A DNA stretch of 64,000 nucleotides, taken from IMG/VR virus record IMGVR_UViG_3300025601_000007. One strand, written 5' to 3'. The notes under the pieces were generated by a model that worked only from the letters and a program-made list of their open reading frames with translations, did no database searches and was not told where the DNA came from. The translations under genes and the position numbers were made by a program. Each line of letters opens with the position of its first letter. Position 1 is the stretch's first letter. The stretch is from a virus. Its lineage: Duplodnaviria; Caudoviricetes. Below, piece after piece: positions 56,185 through 64,000 of this stretch.

Positions 56185-56781
56185 TTACTTCTTAGAGCGA
56201 AATACTATTTTTGGGATATAAAGGGTAGCTCTTTTTTTAAAACTTTTCTTTTTTAACTTATCCATGTCGATTTTGAATGCCTTGTTAGCATTTTTCAGCA
56301 CCTCTCGCTCCTTAGCTAAATCTTTGAACATGTTTTCCAACGATGTAATTTGAGAAGGAGTTTCGAATTCTTTATTTGGTCTTGGCTTCTGGATACAAGC
56401 AAAATCCTGTGTACTTTTTTTGTCTCTGAGTTTGTGGAAAATGTAGTTCTTCCCAGCTCTCTCTGCTTTCCAAATAGCAAACTTATTCTTCAGGTTTCTC
56501 ACCCATTTGTATTTGTTTTTACAAGGGTATATAGTAACAAACGCACCTGTGCCTTCTCCGTAGATACGGATGTAGTCGTTTTCTTTGATGCGTTTGGATG
56601 TTCCCCCGTGGTATTGATTACGAATATCCTGAGTGGATTTCATCCTCTCGTTGTAATTCGGCAGTTCCGATTTAACTCTAGCAGCCAAGCTGTTTAGTTC
56701 ATCTTGCTCTTGCTCTAAGTTAATTCCAACTTCGCTGAATAACTTATGGATATTTTTTAATTCTGATTCTTTTTCTTTCAA
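56185..56781 (-). CDS. Hypothetical basic protein
   Basis: TTG start 16 nt after CTATTTAT (56798-805). Confidence 0.65.
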   Translation of the reverse strand: MKEKESELKNIHKLFSEVGINLEQEQDELNSLAARVKSELPNYNERMKSTQDIRNQYHGGTSKRIKENDYIRIYGEGTGAFVTIYPCKNKYKWVRNLKNKFAIWKAERAGKNYIFHKLRDKKSTQDFACIQKPRPNKEFETPSQITSLENMFKDLAKEREVLKNANKAFKIDMDKLKKKSFKKRATLYIPKIVFRSKK

Positions 56782-56827
56782 AATGCTTATTTTTGGTATA
56801 AATAGACAGTGATTCCTTGAATGGGAA

Positions 56828-57793
56828 TTATTTTAACTTCCCGTGTTCTTTCAAAAGTGTCTTGTCTTGGCCTGGGAATCCGCTACATAACGGGTGTTTA
56901 CCGCCTTTGTAGGAACAAAAACGACAAGAGTTTTTGTCATCTATCAAATAGTTCCCGCCAAGGTCAACCGTTGGGTTTCCAGCGAAATCTAAAACGAATT
57001 TAGCTTTTTGAAAGTCTTGTTTGATGTGGATTTTGTTGAGTGACTCCGACATTGCCTCTATTGCCTGGCGAATTTCTCCTAGCGATGAAGTCATTGGAAC
57101 ATCAACAATTTCTCCGAAGCCCATGTCTGGCTTCTTCTTGTTTTTCAGTCTGTTCAAAACAACATACTTGGTATCTATCTGAGTCAAATCCACGTTGTTC
57201 TTTCTGGCCCAGAAATACTTATACAATTTCATTTGCATAAGGAAGGTTTTGTTTTTGTTCTTCCAGTACATATTCCACGGCTCAGAGGACGTCTTCCAAT
57301 CGATTATCACAATTCGACCAGTCTTTCTGTTTTTGACCACAAAATCAATAAACCCTTTGAAGTAAAAAATTCCATAAATGTGTTCGTAAAGAGGCTCCTC
57401 CACCGAGACTATCTCGTAATCTCGCATAAATGCTTCCACATCAATGGTCCGAAGCATGTTCTCGCCTTGGTCGGTGAACGCATCAAGGTCAGCGAACTCA
57501 GGGGTGTCTTTCATGTTCTCAATCATGTCCTTCCTGAAAGTGAGCTTGAAATGCTCTACTCGCTTGTCGGTGCTATACTCGTTCTCAAACGTGCGTTCAA
57601 TCGATTCGTGAATGGCGTTTCCGAAGTACAAGTGAATTGATGGAGGCTGTTGGTCCAGACCTAAGTGTTTCTCAATCAAGTGCTTGTGTCCGCATTCTCG
57701 GAATAATGAGAATTCTGAAAAAGAAATGTGCTTGTATCCCTTTTGTTTACCCTCGGCCATTACGCGAAACATATCTTCTTTGCCTTTGCTCAT
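56828..57793 (-). CDS. RecB/Cas4-like PD-(D/E)XK exonuclease
   Basis: SFSEF...ECGHK, FGNAIHE, KGFIDFV, IIDWKT, QMKLY, CRFCSY....C. Confidence 0.85.
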   Translation of the reverse strand: MSKGKEDMFRVMAEGKQKGYKHISFSEFSLFRECGHKHLIEKHLGLDQQPPSIHLYFGNAIHESIERTFENEYSTDKRVEHFKLTFRKDMIENMKDTPEFADLDAFTDQGENMLRTIDVEAFMRDYEIVSVEEPLYEHIYGIFYFKGFIDFVVKNRKTGRIVIIDWKTSSEPWNMYWKNKNKTFLMQMKLYKYFWARKNNVDLTQIDTKYVVLNRLKNKKKPDMGFGEIVDVPMTSSLGEIRQAIEAMSESLNKIHIKQDFQKAKFVLDFAGNPTVDLGGNYLIDDKNSCRFCSYKGGKHPLCSGFPGQDKTLLKEHGKLK

Positions 57794-57862
57794 AATACTG
57801 CTGTGTTGTGTCCTTAGCGAATATAATCAATTTTTAGATTATAATCTAGGCTATTTAGGTAT

Positions 57863-58477
57863 ATGGGACACGTATCCTCAATTTATCTTCATAAACTAAA
57901 CAGACTTGCTGGAATTGTTTCAGAGGCACTTAACACTGCCACTGCACCTGACCCTTTTGCGAGGTCCAACGAGCGTGTTCCTTTTAATGTCGACCTGATG
58001 CAGCAAGCAATCGAACAAGGTCTTGTGGTTGGTCTTCTGTTTCAATCCAACAACACCAAGTACAAGATGCCTGTAGCCAAGTACCGCAACATCATGCCTG
58101 TGGCTATGGGGTATGATAAAGACGGTAGATTAGTTTTTCGTGGGGTCCACGTTAAAGGTCAGAGTGAAAAGAAGGCTCGACAGACTGGCGTTAGAAGCGC
58201 AGAGGCATCGAACGAATGGAGGCTGTTTTTGGCATCAAATGTAAAAAGCATGTTCTTTACTGGGGGTTTCTTTTCCCAGGTGCCAATTGGAGGGTTTAAA
58301 TCAAATGACAGTGACATTACGCGTCAGATAGTATCGTTTGATGCGGGGCGAGCAAAAGCTTACCAAGACGAATATAACAAGATGTCGCAACCGCAGTCCG
58401 ACTACAGTCCTGAGTTGAACGAGAAGTCTAGAGTTATAAAGAGTTTGTTTAAGAAAGATTATCGAAGGAAGTGGTAA
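57863..58477 (+). CDS. WYL-like domain protein
   Basis: AIEQG..V...YRNIMPVAMG...GRLVFRG...WRLFLASNV. Confidence 0.6.
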   Translation: MGHVSSIYLHKLNRLAGIVSEALNTATAPDPFARSNERVPFNVDLMQQAIEQGLVVGLLFQSNNTKYKMPVAKYRNIMPVAMGYDKDGRLVFRGVHVKGQSEKKARQTGVRSAEASNEWRLFLASNVKSMFFTGGFFSQVPIGGFKSNDSDITRQIVSFDAGRAKAYQDEYNKMSQPQSDYSPELNEKSRVIKSLFKKDYRRKW

Positions 58478-58580
58478 TTAAAGAGCATTATTAGCGTTTG
58501 GTCTGTATCGAGTAAAATGGTATCGGTTTTGCTATGTACCACTTCAAACCTTGTGTTTGTGTGATGATGATATCATTTGG

Positions 58581-58829
58581 TTACTTCTGAATTTCGTCTT
58601 TCAGTTGTTCAAGTCTTTCAGTTGTCACTATTATTTTTCTTGGCGAGTTGTTAATTGCTCTTTCAAGTGATTGAAATAGTTCTTTTTTGCTTTTAAACAA
58701 GTGTTCTATTGCTTCATAAGGTGTTAATCCCCTAATCATAGACTCAAAGATACTTCTAAATTCTGCATCAAATTGAAACTCTTCAAAGAACTCTTCTGTA
58801 AACTGTGATTTTAATTCAAATTGGTTCAT
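58581..58829 (-). CDS. Hypothetical protein (second AT-rich block)
   Basis: 82 aa ORF. Confidence 0.55.
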   Translation of the reverse strand: MNQFELKSQFTEEFFEEFQFDAEFRSIFESMIRGLTPYEAIEHLFKSKKELFQSLERAINNSPRKIIVTTERLEQLKDEIQK

Positions 58830-58889
58830 AATAAACGCTTTATGGTACAGGTTGAAAATAAAGACCTACTAGGTCTTATTGGTTATTAA

Positions 58890-59135
58890 TTAAGAAGCAT
58901 CTATCTTTTTTATAATAGTAAGTAATTCGTCTTTGTAATGCTGCTCATTCTCATAGATTTCTTCGTGATTAATAGTTCCTTGTGCCCACATTTCTTTGCA
59001 CAATTTTAACCCAAGTAAAACACCTTCTATTCTTGATATTTCAATTATTTCTTCAACTGATTTAGGATAAACAACATCTAATCCCCAAGTGTCTTGATGC
59101 TTTGCTTTTTCGTAGTACTCTTTTGCTTTTGACAT
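58890..59135 (-). CDS. Hypothetical protein (second AT-rich block)
   Basis: 81 aa ORF. Confidence 0.55.
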   Translation of the reverse strand: MSKAKEYYEKAKHQDTWGLDVVYPKSVEEIIEISRIEGVLLGLKLCKEMWAQGTINHEEIYENEQHYKDELLTIIKKIDAS

Positions 59136-59180
59136 AATAAATTTACATAGTGAAGTATATACATAGCTAACCCAGCCTGT

Positions 59181-59537
59181 TTATTCTTCGGTGATGGATA
59201 TATCACCTTTCTCGCTTATTGTGTACCCATATTCAGTAGTTGTATCATCAAATAACTTGTCAACATCTATCTCTGGGTCATGATGAACCATTTCCTCTTC
59301 ATTGTCAGTTATGAACTTTGTCTGAAACACAACAACAAGTTTATTCATTACTTCCGAAATACTATTTTCACCGTAACGAGTTAATCCGTGTATGATACCA
59401 TTTTTTACTTTGGTTAGAATTACATTTTCACCTTTCTTCAACCAAAACTCTCCGTCTCTTTCCTCTACCTTAATATCTGTTTTCTTTTCAACGTCTTCTA
59501 ATGGAAAGCCTTTTTGAAACATAATGTCTAAACTCAT
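59181..59537 (-). CDS. Hypothetical protein (second AT-rich block)
   Basis: 118 aa ORF. Confidence 0.6.
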   Translation of the reverse strand: MSLDIMFQKGFPLEDVEKKTDIKVEERDGEFWLKKGENVILTKVKNGIIHGLTRYGENSISEVMNKLVVVFQTKFITDNEEEMVHHDPEIDVDKLFDDTTTEYGYTISEKGDISITEE

Positions 59538-59610
59538 AATTCTGTATTTTTAACAGCACCAAAGCATTTGAAACCAACTGATTCTATCTACCTCGCAATG
59601 CATTTTTTAT

Positions 59611-59966
59611 AAGACGGAGCGTAAAACCCATTCATCGCGCAGCGTGGATGGGATGAAAGCGACCTTATTCAGCAAATATAACAATTGTTTTTGATAAAGA
59701 CTTGATGTTTTTGGTTTAAACGCATATATTTGTTATAACAAACTTCGATAACCAAGAGTTTGTTGTTCTTTGACGTGGTATAAGGTTGCTCTGCAAAATC
59801 TTGCAGTTTGCATAAAACCAAAAAGTAAAACTGAATTAAAAACATTCACGTCTGGTTGTGGGATGCAGTCGGACGATAATCAAAAACGGGATGAGGCGTT
59901 GCTATTAGGTGAGTCTACGACCCCCGAAGCCCAACCCATCGGCTCTGCCGTGGGTGGGTAGTTCAC
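59611..59966 (+). mobile_element. Non-autonomous IS200/IS605-family element (356 bp, copy 2)
   Basis: Identical by eye to 51387..51742; follows TTTAT; ends GGTAGTTCAC. Confidence 0.88.
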
Positions 59967-60048
59967 ACTATAATATTTTCCAAAAATTCAATTCAGTATT
60001 ATCCAAGATTTGCCCGTGCCGCAAAAAAAACAGCGCATAGCATCATAG

Positions 60049-60471
60049 TCATTTCTTCGGTTTCAGATGTGGGATATAGTGCTCTAGGCATATTTTATCC
60101 GCCTTATTCTTTATGCGATTCAACTGCGTGCTGGTGCTGAATGATAGCTTGTTTCTTTCTTTAATTTTTTCATCTAATATCTTGAGAGTGTAAATCAAAG
60201 TCCCTCGCTTTATTTCGAACAAAGGCTTTTGATTATGAAACCCTACAAGAACATTTCCAATCAAGTCCTCTATCCTCCAAGACAGTGAGGACGTTCCTTT
60301 CTCCATTTTATCGATAGCATCCTGCATTGCTTTAATTTTATCTGTAGCTCTCTCTTCTCTATCAACTTTATGAGCAAGAGATTCTAGTATTTGTGCCTCG
60401 TCGTCTTTTCCGTCGTTTCTTAGGCTTTGAGCTTGAGATTTTAAGTTTCTAGACTGTTTTCTTTTACTCAT
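60049..60471 (-). CDS. Hypothetical protein
   Basis: 140 aa ORF overlapping the stop of the SbcCD fusion. Confidence 0.65.
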   Translation of the reverse strand: MSKRKQSRNLKSQAQSLRNDGKDDEAQILESLAHKVDREERATDKIKAMQDAIDKMEKGTSSLSWRIEDLIGNVLVGFHNQKPLFEIKRGTLIYTLKILDEKIKERNKLSFSTSTQLNRIKNKADKICLEHYIPHLKPKK

Positions 60472-63400
60472 GATATTGTGTGTTGATTTGTGGAGGATAT
60501 TGCCGTTGACGTGGTAAAACTGAAATTGCTTACTCCTGCGTTTTCTGGGAGAGCAGAAAACTCCTTATTAATAAATCCTCTGTCTTTTGTTACCTCAACT
60601 ATGTTATCTACACAGTCTTTTACTTCATTTCTATGTGTAATAATTAGAACATTCTTATACTTCGTCCCTAAGTACAAGAGCATGCTCTGAACCTCTGAGA
60701 TTAAGTCATCATCAAGGCTTCCAAATCCTTCATCAATCATTATAATTGATGGCTGAGAAACGGCATGATTTGAAATCTCGTGCAAAGCGTTTTTTATAGC
60801 CAGAGACACAATGAATTTTTGAGATGATGACGCCATAGCTCCAAGAGGTAGTGCATCAAATTTATCTTCCATAAAATAGAAGACTTCTGTCACGTCTCCT
60901 TTGTCATCAATCTCTAAATCAACTTTAAACTCAACAATCCCTGATAGGATGTTCTGTATTTTCTCATTGATAGTAGGAAGCTTTGTCTTAATAACCATCG
61001 CTGGTATTCCTTGCCTGTGCACAGCTTGAAGGTACAGACTGTGACGACGATATAAAGTGTCAAATTCGCGTATCTCCTTCAACCTTTCCTCTTTGCCTTC
61101 CACGTCTCGACTTAAAACCGCAAGTTCACCCGCTAATATTCGTAATTTCAAAACGATAGATGTGATGCTTTGCTTGTATCCCTCAAGCAATTCTTGATTA
61201 TCATCTATCGTTTTTTGAGTTTCTGTGTTAGATTCAATGTTACGCTCATTTTTGTCAAAGTTATCGCACATCACTTTTAGCTCCACAAGCTCTTTGCGCG
61301 TCTTCTCAATAGCATCAGAGAGCTTTGATAGCTCATTTGAGCGGGAATTAATTAACTCGTTCATCGCAACGATGTCTTTGGCTCCTAATAGTTTTTCTCG
61401 GTCTTTAGAGATGTTCTCTAAGAGCATTTCCTTTGCGGCAAGTTTAACTTTTGTTATTTCTAACTCAGAGTTTCTAGTTTCAAAATTCTGGTTATGATTC
61501 TTGCAAACCTCTACTTCTTTAAGTACATTCTTTTTCTCTGTGAGTTCCCGCTCAAGCCTAGTTTTTCGGATATTCTGTTCTGTTTCACCAAAAGGGTTCG
61601 GTTTTTCAGATACATTTCCGCAAGTCGGACACTTCTTGCCTTGGAAAGAGATGATTTTGTTTTGACACTCGATAATATCAGACTGAATCTTTCTAATCGA
61701 TTCCTCTGTAGTCGTGGTGTCTTCGATGAATTTTTTTGAGTTCTGTAATATCCAAGTTTCAGACTGCTGCTTAATGGATTCAATATTAGTCTTTTGGGCT
61801 CTTTCTTGCTGCAGTTGATGCTCGACATCTGATAGGTTTTTCTCACCTTCGAATGGGACATCTTTTCGAAGATTGCTGTCCAGCCAAGATTTAAGTTCGG
61901 ACTGGCGCTCAATATCTTTATTAAGTAGGTCCTCTGATAGTTCGATTTCATTCTCTAATACGTCTTTGGAGTCAAACTCCATTATCTCCACTCTATGAAG
62001 CTTGCGGGTGTGCTCTAAAATTTTGCTGTTTATGTCAGTTTGTTTTGTTTCGCTTAGAAATTGCTCTTCCTCAAGGCTCTTGATTTGAATATTAAAATCT
62101 TGCTTTTGAATATTTTTCTGAGCTATTTCTTCTTTAATCTCAGGAACTTGCCCAGCATCTTTAAAGTCTCGATTGAGATTGTTTTGTTTTTTATTAACAA
62201 AGTCGTATCTCATCTTAAAGTTAGACAAGTCAAGGTATCTAGCAATTAGAGCATTTTTAGGTTGCTGGCTCAAAGCCAGGTAGTCACTGTCATTGTTTGA
62301 AGCGTGAAGAGCGATTATTGAAAAATCTTCATAATCTCCAATTGCTTTTTTTATCTGTCCTTTAATGTTTGTGTTCTCAGCAACTCCTTCATCTGTTTCT
62401 TCGTCTGTCCACATCCAATCTTGCTCTCCAGTTGGAATTTGGACTTCTTTCCAAATCTCGAACCGAGTTGGGTAAGAATTCCCGCCGTTCCGCTTTTGAA
62501 CGACCTCGCGAGTAATTCTAAACTTCACCCCTTCAATTGAAACGACTACACTCACATATCCTTTGTTGGATTTTGTGTAAATATTTACGAGCTTGGACTT
62601 ATTTTTGGTCCCAATAATAACTTCAAACAGACCGAAAACTAAAGCACGAAGAGTGTTTGATTTTCCGCAGTAGTTCTCGCCGAAAATCCCAGTCAACCCT
62701 GGCATGCTTTCTATTGGAAAATAAACAGCTCTATCGGGAAACGAAAATAAGTTTCGAACTTCCATCGATAGAATATCGAATTTTTTTGATTTGATTTTTT
62801 CTTTGTCAAGTCCAAGTTCTTTTTCAATTGAGTATGCAAATGTAAACAACTCTTGTAGCTCATCGTCTTCCATGTCATGCTCAGTGCGTTTCATGAATTT
62901 TTTAAATCTGCCTTCAAAACTATCTCCACCTTCTAATACTTCACTATCATCGCCCAGGTCTTCTTTTTGCAAAGTCTTCCATTCCACGCGAATACTCTCA
63001 CACTTATATCGGTCCTTTATAAGCTTGGTTATTTGATTGGTACGTTCTTGTGATTTGTTTTCCTCAAAATCTTCGACAGTTACAATTACTTTTGTTTTTC
63101 TCTTGTTATTGGAAAAACTCATGTTCTCTATTCGGTCCTCAACTGACTCTCCACGGGTTACTGTGATTTTTGCAAATCCCCAGTCATTTAAAACTATCTT
63201 TCTTTCGTGGGTTTTAGTTTTAGTATCCCAAATCAGATATCCTTTGTCTATTGATTCTCCATAGCCCTGTTGGATGCAACTTCCACTATAAGCCATTCTG
63301 CCATCAAAGAAATCTTGGTACTCGTGAAAGTCACCCATCATGGTGATGTCAAAATCTTTGAATATCGATTTTTTCCAGCTGGCCTGGTTTGAATTTTCAT

Positions 63401-63944
63401 GACCATTATCCATGCGAGCACCATAAAGAGCTCCGTGCCACATAGCGATATATGTTTTATCAGCTTCTTTCTGGTCTAACTCCAGCACTTTTTCGTCTCG
63501 ACAAGAGAAAATGCCATATGTATGATTTTCGTCGATACTGAAAAATCCAGATAAAGGATAGTAGTAAACGCTGTTTTCCCAAAGATTTATTGAGGATGCA
63601 TTTTCTTTTGTGACTTGGTAAGTGGATTTTCCTCCCAAAATCTCTGAAAGCTCGAAAATTGGGCTAATAACATCGCCTTGGCTCTCTTGTTTCATGTTCA
63701 TATCATGATTTCCAGCTATAATATCTACTGGTGCAATCTCAGAAAGTTTTAAGAAAAACTCTGACATCAATATGAACGACTTAGGAGACATGGAGACCTT
63801 ATTGTGTAATACGTCCCCAGTTATAGCAATACGGTCTACTTTGTTTGATTTTAGGTCCTCATATAATCTTTCAAAAACCTGACGATATTCAGCGTGTCGA
63901 GTTGAAAATCGAATGTGAATATCTGATAAGTGTGCGATTCGCAT
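60468..63944 (-). CDS. Mre11/SbcD-Rad50/SbcC fusion nuclease-ATPase
   Basis: N-terminal SDIH, GDVLH, GNHD, GDFH, YSGS; GENYCGKS Walker A; CPTCG hook; ASSSQ signature; IDEGFGSLD; ITH. Confidence 0.92.
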   Translation of the reverse strand: MRIAHLSDIHIRFSTRHAEYRQVFERLYEDLKSNKVDRIAITGDVLHNKVSMSPKSFILMSEFFLKLSEIAPVDIIAGNHDMNMKQESQGDVISPIFELSEILGGKSTYQVTKENASSINLWENSVYYYPLSGFFSIDENHTYGIFSCRDEKVLELDQKEADKTYIAMWHGALYGARMDNGHENSNQASWKKSIFKDFDITMMGDFHEYQDFFDGRMAYSGSCIQQGYGESIDKGYLIWDTKTKTHERKIVLNDWGFAKITVTRGESVEDRIENMSFSNNKRKTKVIVTVEDFEENKSQERTNQITKLIKDRYKCESIRVEWKTLQKEDLGDDSEVLEGGDSFEGRFKKFMKRTEHDMEDDELQELFTFAYSIEKELGLDKEKIKSKKFDILSMEVRNLFSFPDRAVYFPIESMPGLTGIFGENYCGKSNTLRALVFGLFEVIIGTKNKSKLVNIYTKSNKGYVSVVVSIEGVKFRITREVVQKRNGGNSYPTRFEIWKEVQIPTGEQDWMWTDEETDEGVAENTNIKGQIKKAIGDYEDFSIIALHASNNDSDYLALSQQPKNALIARYLDLSNFKMRYDFVNKKQNNLNRDFKDAGQVPEIKEEIAQKNIQKQDFNIQIKSLEEEQFLSETKQTDINSKILEHTRKLHRVEIMEFDSKDVLENEIELSEDLLNKDIERQSELKSWLDSNLRKDVPFEGEKNLSDVEHQLQQERAQKTNIESIKQQSETWILQNSKKFIEDTTTTEESIRKIQSDIIECQNKIISFQGKKCPTCGNVSEKPNPFGETEQNIRKTRLERELTEKKNVLKEVEVCKNHNQNFETRNSELEITKVKLAAKEMLLENISKDREKLLGAKDIVAMNELINSRSNELSKLSDAIEKTRKELVELKVMCDNFDKNERNIESNTETQKTIDDNQELLEGYKQSITSIVLKLRILAGELAVLSRDVEGKEERLKEIREFDTLYRRHSLYLQAVHRQGIPAMVIKTKLPTINEKIQNILSGIVEFKVDLEIDDKGDVTEVFYFMEDKFDALPLGAMASSSQKFIVSLAIKNALHEISNHAVSQPSIIMIDEGFGSLDDDLISEVQSMLLYLGTKYKNVLIITHRNEVKDCVDNIVEVTKDRGFINKEFSALPENAGVSNFSFTTSTAISSTNQHTIS

Positions 63945-64000
63945 GTTTGATGCTATTGTGTTTAATAGCGAATATAGCGATTATAATTAATAAGTCAGAT

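Noticed and set aside
1-64000. Stop-codon reassignment
   Set aside because: Long conserved genes are uninterrupted in the standard code, and TAA, TAG and TGA all end genes.
1-64000. Integron integrase or IS transposase in the window
   Set aside because: I recognised no tyrosine recombinase (R..H.LRH..Y), TnpA (HUH) or full TnpB ORF.

Overview
A 64 kb segment of a large dsDNA bacteriophage genome read in the standard genetic code. The host is probably Bacteroidota (inference from the NadD SPHNPHK motif, IF-3 type, TAnnTTTG-like promoters and few Shine-Dalgarno sites). No capsid, terminase or polymerase gene lies in the window. It carries metabolic and translation genes (nadD, pncB, thioesterase, dNMP kinase-HAD fusion, thyA, MazG-like, CCA-type nucleotidyltransferase, IF-3), DNA-processing genes (intein-containing SNF2 helicase, Cas4/RecB-like nuclease, Mre11-Rad50 fusion), an endolysin and tail/adhesin-like genes. 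Five things stand out. (1) An AT-rich block (about 15.5-19.2 kb) is divided by integron attC-like hairpins, with complementary 9-nt core sites flanking individual gene cassettes and no integrase in the window. (2) Many genes follow a CTATTTAT motif and encode a recurring (I/L)R..IR..L.E or KNF..F.NE helix ending in Glu, which resembles a capsid-targeting or cleavage signal and separates the enzyme modules of polyvalent proteins. (3) A D-arm-less, long-variable-arm CAT tRNA-like RNA lacks an encoded CCA. (4) The CCA-type enzyme has its EDxxR template motif changed to ENxxR. (5) Three non-autonomous IS200/IS605 (TnpB-derived) elements each sit 3' of TTTAT. All family calls come from motifs recognised by eye; no searches were run.
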